Below, piece by piece: positions 35,883-48,025 of a DNA stretch of 64,000 nt. This DNA comes from Polymyxa betae A26-41 (Eukaryota; Protista; Endomyxa: Phytomyxea): assembly GCA_003693705.1 (NCBI GenBank), contig RBZT01000499.1:339526-403525 (forward strand), given 5' to 3'. A program made the position numbers and the translations under genes. A model generated the notes under the pieces. That model had not been told where the DNA came from, made no database searches, and saw only the letters and a list, made by a program, of their open reading frames with translations. The first letter of the stretch is position 1. The number at the start of each line of letters is the position of its first letter.

Positions 35883-35957
35883 TTCCGATTGTCTTTGAAG
35901 CCTTCATCATAATGAGCGTTCAAGACACGATTATCGGCCTAATAAGCTTTTGCAGAA

Positions 35958-36215
35958 TAAAGCATGTCCAGTGTAGCACTTTACTATGAGCCAGTAGTAA
36001 GATAGTGTCCTCCATGTGATCACGTTACATTTCCACCTGAACCCATCCATCATTTTTATAGCATCTGGTCGTCTCAGGCGTCTTACTAAAGCATGTCTTG
36101 TCTAACATTGCACTATGAGTCGATGAGCCAGTAATAAGATGGAGTCCTCCATGTTATTACGTTACATTTCCACCTGAGCCCATCCCATCATTCTGATAGC
36201 ATCTGGTCGTCTCAG
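35958..36215. repeat. Tandem duplication of a 120-130-bp unit directly upstream of the nuclease ATG
   Basis: Units 35958-36077 and 36087-36215 share TAAAGCATGTC...ATGAGCCAGTA...ACGTTACATTTCCACCTGA...ATAGCATCTGGTCGTCTCAG. Confidence 0.9.
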
Positions 36216-36238
36216 AGACGACGAACAGGATCGGGACC

Positions 36239-37145
36239 ATGTCGCAGCCAGACCATCGCTCCCGGTTTGATGTCCTCGATAGTCCTGTAATCTTTGTGAT
36301 CTTGATCGCGCTGTTAGCTTGGGCTTTGACGACGAGCCCAAGCGATGATCTTCCTGCTACAATTCTGGACCATGGAGTCTACCGGCTTCAATATGATTGT
36401 CAAAATAGAACAGCATTGAGATTCTATTACTCATTGACAACTGATACTGGCAATGCAAAACGACCTCGAGCTTTCAAACTCGACCCGACAATTGCCCCAT
36501 CATGCCAACAGTTTACAACGATGTCATATGCGAGAGTGCACACAGAGTATGATCGTGGCCATTTGGTCCCTTCAAACCACATGGACGAATCTGATGAGAC
36601 TATTCTGAGAGCCAATTATATGACGAATATTGTTCCTCAGGTACAGATGAATTTCATGGTGTCCCTACAGTTGTTGAACAACGAGTATTGAAGTACGCCA
36701 GGTGCAACTTTTGAACAGAGGGATCTGGGCTGAAACCGAGACCATCTTGGAATGTTATCGAGATATCTATCCTCTTGATGTATATGGCGGTGTCGTTTAT
36801 ACTGATGATACAAGTCATGATCATTTCGTCATGACGCATGGCATCAGAACTCCGGGTGATACAATTTGTTAGAAGTGGAATTAACGACATGACTGATACC
36901 CAACCTGTTTAGCTTATTTCTGGAAAGTGGTCGTTGCTCATCCATTGAACACTAGTTCGATTTTGCTGGCGTGGATGATCCCAAATCAACCAGAACTTGG
37001 TCCATTGAAGGATTATCTGGTCAGCGTATCCGATATCGAATCGAAATTAACTGATCGTCTGGGACCCATACCGATTGATTTCAATATGAAATACTTCAAA
37101 CCGAGCAGAAATTGGGAAATTCCTCGATATTGTGATAAAAGTTAG
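36239..37145 (+). CDS. DNA/RNA non-specific (His-Me finger, EndoG/NucA-type) endonuclease with N-terminal hydrophobic segment, three exons
   Basis: YDRGHLVPSNH, ANYMTNIVPQ, LNRGIWAETE, YGGVV, AWMIPN. Confidence 0.92.
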
Positions 37146-37382
37146 TTTCTTGAAATGGCAACAGCGAATCAAATCTTCCAGCAATCTGAATTTTGGTCGA
37201 ACACGCTTTTGAAGGTACAGTTTTTAGCTTGTAAGATCGATTCTGTTAAAAAGTGTCTCTAGCTGGCATTGCTGGCAGTTTATATGTAGAGAGGTTAGGA
37301 CAGGTATCAGAACTATTGGTACCTTTGTAGCACATTCGCGTGCCTCCCACATTACGCTTCCTTTTGGGAAAATCGGGCAGCG

Positions 37383-38411
37383 ATGGGAAATAATTACTAT
37401 GCCATATTGCACGTTTCCAGGACAGCCAACGATGTTGCTCTGAAACAGGGCTTCCGTAAGCAAGCACTAATATGGTAATCAGGCAGAACCTGGTTATAAG
37501 CTCATTCTGACGGCGAATCGCTTAGGCACCCTGATCGCAACAGTCAAGACCCTGTTAACGCCAGAATCAGATTCGACGACATTTGTGAAGCATTTTCGGT
37601 CTTGATTAACCGTTAGTAGACTATAGGCGCGCTTGATTCATTGCTAAGTTTGTGATTCTAACTAGAATCATCACGAGCAATCTATGACTTTTATGGAGAA
37701 GAGGTGTTAAAGCGTGGTTTACCTGATGGTCAGGGTGGCTATCAAGACAAATGGGTCAAGACCCAATCGAACGAAGAATTATTCCTGAACTTTTTCGGTT
37801 CCGACAACCCGTTCATGGTCGACGGAAAGCTTACTGGCCAAACTATCCCGTTACGAACGCCTGCACCAGTTGAGCCGATCAAATCTGTAATCTATGCCAC
37901 CTATGAGGAAGTCTATGCAGGAGTGACACGACTAGTTACACTGTCACATCAAGATTACGATAGCGACCATAAACAGTTGATTGACAAGGAGACCACATTT
38001 AAAGTTCCGATCGGCAAAGGAGTCGCTCATGGCACTCGAATTGTATTCGAAGGCGCTGGAAATCAGCACCATGATCAATCCGGCGACGTCGAATTCGAAA
38101 TCCGCATGGCTCCCCACCCGATATATCGCCGCGAGGGCTACGATCTGATCGTCTCCAGAGATCTGTTCGTCACCGAGGCTCTAAGCGGGGGTGTCGTTCG
38201 CGTCCCAACTTTAGACGACCGGGTTCTCAGTGTTCCTATCAGCAAAGTGATTGTACCCGGCGAACGAATTAGAATCCCGGGCGAAGGCCTACGCCGACCG
38301 GACGGCCAGCCCGGCGACCTTTACGTCGAATTTGCGGTCCGCTATCCCCAAGAAGTCTCCATGCTTCAAAAGCAGGAGCTGAAGCGCCTGCTGCCTATCC
38401 CCAACGCTTAA
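37383..38411 (+). CDS. Type II HSP40, DNAJB13/RSP16-like
   Basis: NYYAILHV, W|HPDR across an intron, IYDFYGEEVLK, FFGSDNPF, two DnaJ_C repeats, no Zn finger. Confidence 0.85.
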
Positions 38412-38639
38412 TCCAATACAAGAAGACTAATTTGAACGCTAAAGGAATTTTGTTCTAAGATACGGTTTATGTTACATGGATTGGTAGACCCCCCTGTCGG
38501 CTCGGCAATTTGCGAGAGGGGCCAGGCAGAGGTCGCGCCGCCACGTTTAGCCACGTAGAGGTGACCCTATAAGGGTATCGGCCCAACCATCAGTTTATCC
38601 ATTTCCAGATTAAGGGGGCCTCCCTCGTCTGCCTCTTTC

Positions 38640-40711
38640 ATGAATAGGCGGTTCATTCTGCCTTTCAAATCGCTACGGGAATCTCGCGTGGAATCCGGCG
38701 CCCTCGACAGCGCCACTTTGGATAGAGATGGGATTGGAGACCGGCTTGGCTTTCAGGTACGAAAAGACATCCGGTTGCTGATTGCGAAGAGTGGTGATCG
38801 CGACGAATCTGTCTACTTCTCAGATGTCGTGACCAAAGTAACATTTCTCTTGGCTTTTCCAATAGACATTGAAAGATAGACGATAGATCAATAGTTGGGG
38901 GCGTGAGCAATCTCGCGTCTTGATGGTCACAGATAAGGCCATATATAACATTAAGCCGGCCGCAGAATATACGAAATTCCAGAGACGAATTGCCTTGGAA
39001 AGTATTGTTGCCGTCACAACTTCGGAACGATCCTCGAATGAGTTCGTTCTTCATGTGCCGGACGAATACGATTACAGATTCAAAACTCTGAATCGAGATG
39101 GAATTGTAGGCTGCATCGCTTTTCAGCATCGGAAGCTAACGCAGAAGAAACTGCCCATAAAAGTCATCCAGACGGCTGGTTAGTTGCATGAGTTTAAAAG
39201 ACAAACAACATTCTAAACCATTATTAAGATTTGAAAGGCGAGACGATGACGAAACGTTTGGCCAGGCGACTTGGTCGAATGGAGATCATGCGGCGTAAGA
39301 AACTGCTGATCGATGGCGAATGTGAATCAGATCGCGAAGAAAGCAACGATTTCCACATTGAATCGATGGCGATGGCTTCTTGCAAGGAGAAGCTCTGTCT
39401 GGACGATTTCGATCTCCTTAAAGTCGTTGGCAGAGGCTCATTCGGCAAGGTATCAAATCGTGGAGTGTTTGGGTTGTTCTAAGTAAACTCGTTCGTAGGT
39501 CATGCTGGTCCGCGAGAAAGCGACAAATAAGATCTATGCGATGAAGATCTTGAAGAAATCCGCTGTGATTGCTCGGAACCAGGTCGAACATACGAAATCT
39601 GAGCGCAAGATCCTGCAGAATATATCGCATCCGTTTCTGATGGCGTTGCGATATGCGTTCCAGACAAAGGAGAAGCTGTATTTCGTGCTTGATTATTATA
39701 AAGGCGGAGAACTCTTCTTCCACTTAAAACATCGAAGGAGATTCTCAGAGGAGGTGCTCTAAACTGTTATTACCTGCCTCTTTGTAAGCTAATGTTCCCT
39801 TCAGATTTCGAGGTTCTTTATCGCTCAAGTCGGTTTAGCCATTGGTCATCTTCACAAATATCAGATCGTTTATCGCGATCTGAAACCAGAGAACATCCTG
39901 ATGGACGGTAATACCGCACTATAGGTTCGTTTTGCAGCTGCTGAGATGTTCTCCAGAATGCGGGTATCTGTGCCTTACAGATTTCGGTTTATCCAGAGAG
40001 TTTGAAGTTGAAGATAAAGTAATATGGTCAGATCCATTCGCAATGAGCCCATCGGACTAACATTATTAAGGCACACACATTTGCAGGAACACCTGAATAT
40101 TTGTCTCCTGAAGTGGTTTCAGGCTGTGGTCATGGAAAAGCAGTTGACTGGTTAGTCGAATACTTGCTTTAATTAATCATGTAAATTAAGAGTTTCTCAA
40201 TAGGTGGAGTTTGGGTATCCTTCTGTATGAATTGACAGTTGGCATTCCTCCATTCTACTCCCAGAACTTGCATGAAATGTACCAGGTGATACGCCTTAAC
40301 TTCGACTCTGTTCTCCTAATATTGAACATTCAGAGAATACAAAGCGCTCCTTTGAAGTTCCCTCCGTTCGTGTCGGAAGATTGCAAGGATTTGATTACAC
40401 GTTTGCTTAATCGTAATCCGGACCAGCGTCTCGGTGCCGATGAGGGCGATTTTGAAGACATCAAAGCACACCCGTTCTTCAGGAGCATTAACTGGGAGAA
40501 GATGTTACTGAAACAGATCCCTCCTCCATATGTTCCTGTTGTCAACTGTGGCGACAGCGACACGAGCAATTTCGATTCCCAATTTACGAGCGAACCGGCC
40601 ATTGACTCGTTCGTGCCGGAATCTGCCATCCCTGCTGGCAGTCATGGGTTCGATCAATTCACATACGTCGGTGGCCGATCTAATCCACTCAATCCATATA
40701 TTATTAACTAA
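38640..40711 (+). CDS. AGC-family Ser/Thr kinase (Akt/SGK/S6K-like) with N-terminal myosin-I TH1-like domain, multi-exon
   Basis: VYFSDVVTK|[21 protein letters not shown]...RRIALESI...[12 protein letters not shown]; [33 protein letters not shown], hydrophobic motif FDQFTY. Confidence 0.92.
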
Positions 40712-40753
40712 CTAGGCCCTATAAACCAATAGAGCTGGATCGGGTCATCAAGG

Positions 40754-41635
40754 TCACTCATTGCTTTGAAAGTTCAGGGAGGCGGCAGCGAGCTTCAGCG
40801 CCTTTAGTCGTCGGATATTCTTCACACGGAAGAAGAAGATCTGCTGGAGTCGTTTGCGGACCGAATCCTTGGCTTGCCCGAATGAACCGAATTTAACATG
40901 CATCTGAAGCCATCTCCATCGTTGTTGGGGATCTCTAGGTAGTGGAACATGAGCCGAGATGTCGGTCGCGTTCTTCATGGTTTGCATCCACATCTTCTGC
41001 GTCGCTATCAGCTTCTCCTGCTCGTTGATGATCCGATCGATCTTGCGAATATGAGCTAGATCTACAGTCGTATAGCCGGCACTCGCCATCTGAGTCAGCC
41101 AGGCGCTCTGTACATCGACGGCGTCCTGGACGAAATCGACAACAGCACGGCCGGCGACCGAATCTTCGGAGACCAATCGTACGACATCCTGTAATGAATC
41201 CTGCAGGCCCAGATCGAGCTCATTATGGACGGAGAGTTCCTCGAACATATCGGCGCTCTGCTGCAGTAATTTCTGCAGATTCGATACGATCTGCGCCGAT
41301 CTCGTCTTGATCGCCTCACAGCCCGATACGTATTTCGGCAATAGTGTCGGCTTCGATCGACTCGTTCGTTGCGTCCTCTGCCCGTCGTCATCACCGATAG
41401 AGATCGAGCTGGCCCGCTTCGATAATGTTGAAAGTCGGCTGAAACTCGCCCCAGGACCTGTCGTCTGCGATTCCTTCCTCAGCGAATCACGTGTCACGAA
41501 ACTTCCATATTTCAATCGTGCTCGTGGGTCGGCACGTCTCTGTATTAAAGGCGGTTCCCGAAGCAGATCGGCCGTTGTTGGGCGATGAGCAGGAGGAGCC
41601 TTGCTGAACGAAGTATTCGCAGCCGACGACGCCAT
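40754..41635 (-). CDS. Hypothetical protein, intronless
   Basis: About 293-aa ORF from ATG 41635; helical C-terminal half. Confidence 0.7.
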   Translation of the reverse strand: MASSAANTSFSKAPPAHRPTTADLLREPPLIQRRADPRARLKYGSFVTRDSLRKESQTTGPGASFSRLSTLSKRASSISIGDDDGQRTQRTSRSKPTLLPKYVSGCEAIKTRSAQIVSNLQKLLQQSADMFEELSVHNELDLGLQDSLQDVVRLVSEDSVAGRAVVDFVQDAVDVQSAWLTQMASAGYTTVDLAHIRKIDRIINEQEKLIATQKMWMQTMKNATDISAHVPLPRDPQQRWRWLQMHVKFGSFGQAKDSVRKRLQQIFFFRVKNIRRLKALKLAAASLNFQSNE

Positions 41636-41677
41636 CGCACAAACGTACACGCAATCGATCGAATTGATTTATCGGAT

Positions 41678-44600
41678 CTAGACCAGATGTCGTTCATGTT
41701 TGTTGTTGGAGGTGGCGATCTCCTTCGGCGACCAGCACGGCCACGTCCCGACGCTGTATTTGGCCATGATGAATGCGGCGATCATGACCGTGGTGGAGAT
41801 CAATCCGATGGCCACGACCTCGAATGCCCCCGGTAATAACATCTGCCTCTGAGTCGTCTTCTGACGTGCAGATCGCATCTCGCGCATCTCAACAGGATCG
41901 TCCGTCAGATGCCGCAACGTCACGATGAAGGTCCGCAGCTGCCGGGGCCCGATCGTCACCGATCCCTCGTCCGGCGCCGACAGCAGTTTCCGCTGTCCTG
42001 CCGCTTTTTCAAGGGCGATATCCGAGATGAACACGCCTTCTTCGTCTAAATAGTACGATGGGGGGTCAGTACGACCCCGGATCGACATGGGACCGACCTG
42101 CGTTCTGTCGATCCTGTCGTAGATCGGAGGCGGTCAGATCCGCCAGGTTGATGGGCACGACCAGGCCGGACGCCGCGAACGCCAGCGCCCCGGGCGGGGT
42201 CCGGTACATGGGCGCCGACATGCCATCGGCGTCCGGGAACTCTGTGTGCACGGGTTTAGGGGCAGGCCGGGACGCGCGATTCCAGTACGACCCGACCATG
42301 GACAGCAGACAGGGTGGCCTCACGAATATGTTGGAACTGGGCGTTGTTCTCTGTTGATGAACAGCACAGTGCTGTTAGATCGATTGTGATGATGTTGTGG
42401 TCATTGACATTCTCGAATCTAATCACTATATCATCTGTATAACGATCACGTGCTTGGATGGATAGTAGATGGAGATCATCAGCGAGAACGGGATCAAACA
42501 TCTGCAGATCACGTTACATCACGGCATCTCGACGTAACATAACCATGGTCGTACCTTGACAGGGACCAGGACAGCAGGCCACTGTACAGGTGTGTTGGAT
42601 CTCGGATACATTACAATAGGCGGTGTATCAATGTCTATCTGAAGTCGGCGATATGATGTCATCTGATCGCTGATCGATTCCATTAATAATCTCATTGTTA
42701 TTGGCACTGTGCTATGATCGATCACGGCCTGATTCAGACCACGACCATCATCCTGTAACAGACTTCGATGTATCATAAACTCCAGCACGCCCTGATCATC
42801 GTGCGTCACGATACAGTAACATAAGAGTGCAGGTCCGTTACCGATTGCGGTGACGTTACCCCGGATGTATGCCCGGTCAGTACCGTCAGCTGCACCTGAT
42901 CATCACGTATTCTACCACCGCTTACAGCCGGATAATAATTCGATGGAGTCGGGTCCTGCGGACGCCGCCGCCTCCGCACGAAATCCACCCCGTTCGTGGA
43001 ATAGAACTCGTCGGCGCTCTTGATCGACGTCCGGAATCGCGTCACAATCTCGCGATTATCACCGGCCGTTACGTCCATATTAAGTCCAATATCAGACCGA
43101 TCACTTAATACATCAACCTGCTCTAACACATCACTACACGTTGTCAAACGTGGTTGCACAAAACGGCAAAAAAGCGGCTCGGTGAAATGGAAACGTTGAA
43201 AATCGTTACCTGGACGGCGTACTGACCCAGGTGGATGGTGGCCCGGGACATGACGGTGCCATGTATGACCCGTATGATGGGTTCGGCATTGATGAGATCC
43301 GAGACAGGTTCAGGTCCATGATCAGGTCGGAATATGTAGGCGCCACTCTCATGTGTTGTGTATTGACGGAATTCATGGAACAGGGAGATCGTAACGTCAG
43401 ACTCGCGATTCGTTACAGATGTGATCAGACCTGGGCACCCATCATGTTACTGATTATGTTACAACTACGGGGGTTGGGGCATGCTGCGTTTACCGGTCTC
43501 GCAAGACAGCTGCACTTCCACGAGACCGTTACGGAGCCGCAGCAGCTGCTGCGTTTCCGGATCGTCTCGCAGTTGTCTGAACTTGACCTGATCGGTATCG
43601 TGATTAACGATCTCTAATGTTACTATACTGTCAGTGATAGCGTTACAGGGCATATACGGATATGTTACCAGCATGGGAGACAACATGAACTGGAACGATT
43701 TCGGCCAGATCGTCATACTGGTCGTGTTCATAGACATGAAACATAAATACGGAGATGGAGACTGGATCGAGTTCGGCCATGAAACATAACTCATATGTGG
43801 ATGGTAACGATCCCGGGTCAGTCCACTCAGCCCATGTAGCGTGTATTTGGGCCCGCTTGATTACGTTACGATACTGGTCACGGACTGAAACAAAAGCCGT
43901 CGATACCGAACTACAGATGAGTTCAGTCCGCGACCAGGCCACGGAATTCAGCACGGTCACTGCATGTAACCCGGTAGGTAACGTAGCACCATTGTCACGT
44001 TCCATGCGCCACTGCCCGTCTGTCCAGCCCACCATCAATCAGTATTCGTTACACAATGGCGATTCCGTTATGCTACCGAATTGGTCCGGTAACGCCATCA
44101 GCTCCGTCGTCAAGTGTTCAACCACAGTCATGGCGGTATCGTATGCACCAGTCATACGTTCCATGTAGTCCTGTACGACGTGATCCCGGGCAGTCCCCGT
44201 AACAGCATCATGATGCAGGAACAGGGCCGCATCACGTCGTGCTTCTACAAGTCCATCATAGAGCGGGTCGGTAACATTAGGCGCCAGGCGGGCGCGGGCC
44301 AGTACGGTCAGCAAATCCGCGGCACGGAGTGTGGACGATACACGACGCAGGATACGTTTCAGCTGGGGCCGGGTCGTGTAGAACCCCTATCAACGGCAGT
44401 AACGTTAACTGACTGGGTTAACGATACCGGTTGTTACGTGACGTACGGTCCAGAAACTGTCGGCGTTGTCCGCGTACGGGAAGAAGTCACCGGACAACGT
44501 TACGAAGGTGGCGTTACAGCGCGCGACGGCCTCGAAGTAGTCGGACAATGTCGAGTATTGGATACGGACACCGTACTGGTCCGTGTGGGAGTTGATGTGA

Positions 44601-45762
44601 GCTACAGTGTAATGATTAGGGTTAAACCCTAGTAAACGACCCCCTAAACCAACCTATTATTCGGTCCATATTGGAGAACTGATCAGCAGCACGTTTGAAT
44701 TTGAAATCATCCCCGAATGGGACCAGGAGATGGTCGGTCTGGTACGACTTCAGACGGTCCAGCATGGCCTGTACTAGACCGGATGCCATACGTTCGATAT
44801 TATGGCCTCCTACAGGCTCGGACATCCCTTCCCAATCATATCCCTGATAGCAGTCAACATTGTTGAATTTGAGAAGGTGCGCAGTTGCGCAATATTAAAT
44901 TCAGTTGACGAATTTGGTAAAATGTATTCACGCAGTAGAGGTAATAAAGTGCGTACCTGTGGCGCACTATAATGAGTATGTAGGACATGTGTGAATAAAT
45001 CTTGCTGTCCTCCTAGATCAGTACCCCTCCATATGAATTCCATGAGTCTCTTCTGTTTTAATGCAGCCTTGTATCTATAATCTATACGATTAATAACCAT
45101 AGCATTATATCCGAATAGACGGAATAATGCTGGAGTTAGAGCTGAATGTCCAAATGGATCTATCTGCCATCCATATCTTGGTATGATACCAAATCTATCA
45201 TATAAATATTTGTGTCCTTCTGTTGTATGTGATATTATATCTATTGAATCTGGACATGCCTCATCATTCTGTACCCATCCACCTAATCCCGTTAAAACCC
45301 TAAAACCCTAATAAACCGCTCACTCACCATTCACAAATTCAAATCTGCCAGATTGTACGAGCTCCTGAAACTGTATCCTTTCTGATTCTTCTAATTCATC
45401 ATACCATAATCGGAAGAATGACCTAAAATAAAGAGTGTCAAGTAAAACCGTCACGCAATCGGACCCCGCCGGACTCACGTCTCGGACCAGATAAACTTCC
45501 TAGACGGACTCCGTCGCAGCTCCGCCATTACATTCGACAGGATCACACGCACATCGTCCCGGAAATACGTCTATGTTACACCAGTCAAGGTCAGCCGTAC
45601 TGGACCAGATCCGCCTCGCCGCGCTCGGACCTGATAAGTCTCCAGCCACCCCGGATCGCAATGTGAATGCGCCACGATATGGATGGTGGGTAGATGCGCC
45701 GACACGCCGCCGGCCAGTACGACCAGCAGGAGGGCGATGATCCCGGCCGGTGGCGGACGCAT
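41678..45762 (-). CDS. GH38 alpha-mannosidase with signal peptide and C-terminal TM segment, many exons
   Basis: HIVAHSHCDPGWL, FIWSE, GGWVQNDEA, GWQIDPFGHS, PFGDDF, FWT|GFYTTRP, LHHDAVTGT, NYYP, LEFMIHRSLLQDDGRGL, IGPRQLRTF. Confidence 0.94.
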
Positions 45763-46016
45763 CTCTATCGACGATAGATCTGTGACGTATAGTGAGCGAG
45801 CTGCGAGAGCGTGGTATCGCGATATGTTGAAACAACAAGAAGCCCGGTTGGATCGGGCCCTTTCGGTAGTCTGTGTGACTGCCCGCCCTGAATTCACTGC
45901 AAACTCGGGTTTTGGGGGCCAGGAAAAATTTATGATAAAAAACTTTTTGAAACTCGAAACAGATTTTGCCCATCTATATGATTGGAATCCATTTTGGTTT
46001 CAAATGACGAATTTGT

Positions 46017-47039
46017 CTATTGATTTACAAGTGTTAAAATGGCGATGTTGTGATCGGCTGCTGCTGCTGTTACCACCACGGCAGGTCCCGTATAGTCCGG
46101 GGGCGGGCACGGCCCGTCGGGCGTACTGGGATGCGTACTCCACTCGGTAACGTTAACATGCAGGAATCGGCTATGTATATCATAGTGCCAGTCGTGGGCA
46201 TACGATCGGACTTGAACTTGACCGCGCAGTTCCAATGTGATAAGTCCATCCTGGGTATCATCATACAGGTGCTGCAGGGCCTGTATTCCCACAAACATAC
46301 ACAACCGGTTAATGCTACACCCACGAAACACCAAGCCGTTTATGTTACCGATTTCGTGAATCCCGTCGCGTTGGTATTGATAGCTTCCTATATAAAACAG
46401 TTAGCGAACGAGGGATCAGTACGACCCGGGGGACGGGGTGAATGTATATACGGACCACGACACGACTGCGTGCTGGGAAATATCTGGGCTCTAATGCAGT
46501 CTCGGCAATCTATATGATCCCATTACATATGAGATATTGGTCTCAGATATAACAATATTATAGACCTTCTCATCCCAATGATAAACATCGAAATGAATTC
46601 TGTTCTCGTATTCGTTATCACATAATTGAAGAGATGGGAGAACGATGTTGTTACCTCTCAACTGTCACTGGAAAGAAATTATGATTCACAATACGAGCGA
46701 ATGTCTTCATCAATGAATCAGCAACCGTGAGACCATTCAACGTCCAACCGATCATACAGTAAACGAGATGAAAAAGTACGGATAATGACGCCGGTCCAGA
46801 TGCATGCCCGTGAACTTCGTGCAGGCGTACTGGACCGACGGACGTCGTGGCACGATCATCGTCACCAGAACCGACAGGACGGCCAGCACCACGGTCGCCA
46901 GTAACAATCGTGCACAGACGGCCCGCAATCGACTGCGCGGGCGGGCGGGTACGCCCTGGCGTGTTGCTGCTGGTGGACTGCTGGTGGGTTCCCCTGCTAG
47001 TGCCCGATACTCGTCATGATGTCGGCCGAGTCTCCACAT
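46017..47039 (-). CDS. Type II membrane protein, LEA_2/TMEM106-like, multi-exon
   Basis: TM followed by IVPRRPSV; spliced exon IVNHNFFPVTVER; beta-rich lumenal part ending ITLELRGQVQV. Confidence 0.6.
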
Positions 47040-47174
47040 TAGATGATAGTTACGAGACCGAGATTGTGTGTATGGAGAATACAGACGGCCGATATATCGG
47101 GGAGAGAGGAGATGTGGCAGACCAGAGCCCATTCAAACACGGGTTTTTATTATCAAGATCATTGGACCAGCTTG

Positions 47175-47791
47175 ATGCGTGTGGGCCAGAATTCCCCGAC
47201 GGCGTTCACGGCCAGCGTCAGCAGCTCGAGCATGGAATCCACCGACACACGCAGGAACTTGATACTGGTCGCCTCGGTCGTTCTGCAGCAGAAACACACC
47301 GGTTAATAACAACGCCTCGAATCATTGCAAATATCCAGTGGGATTTTCTTCGAATGTTTTCGTTTACATTTGTAAGACATCGCCATCAACGGAATATAAT
47401 CGGCGACTTCGTTCCAGGCGCAGATCGTCATCAACCTCCAGCGACCTCTGCACAATGACGGCCTGTTCCGGGTCCGGAAACTGCACCCGAACCGTGCTGT
47501 TGGGACGTCAGCCATGGTGGGGTGGATGCTGGCCCCCGGGGCCTTACCTGACGTACTGGAATGGATCGGCCATTGATTGCAGCCGGGAGGTTGCGCACTC
47601 CGATTGCTTTGACCGCCGCCGCCGCCGCCGCCGTGCCAATGGCCCAGGCCACCACCGACGCCGATCCCGTCGTCGCCAGCCACCGCGATGGCACTGCTGC
47701 CGTCAACGTGTTCATGGTGTGTGCCGTAGGATTGATCGTGGTCCCGTTGTTGGCATTCTTCGCGATGATGCGATTCGTCCTACCATGTTAG
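47175..47791 (+). CDS. Possible small tail-anchored membrane protein, exon structure unresolved
   Basis: Terminal ORF with TM VFMVCAVGLIVVPLLAFFAMM and upstream intron-like segments. Confidence 0.3.
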
Positions 47792-48025
47792 TGATATATG
47801 AGTGAGATCGATTTGAATTGATGAATCATATTGTGTATATGATAGTGATGAATATTAACGAACATAATGACAAGTTAACATATAGTGGTATAACATCTGT
47901 TATAGCTGTTAAATGTATCACCACTATCTATGCTGTATATGCATTCCAACAACCCAAATCTCAACAGCAGATTAAACAGGAATGATCAATATACACATTC
48001 TTCAGTTTAATTGTCTCAATATTCA

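Noticed and set aside
43231-44632. Long plus-strand ORFs (128-172 aa) opposite the mannosidase
   Set aside because: Antisense shadows of GC-rich coding exons with no independent motifs
41678-47039. Introner-type repeated introns in the mannosidase and LEA_2 genes
   Set aside because: Introns share only short words, with no full-length similarity or consistent TSDs
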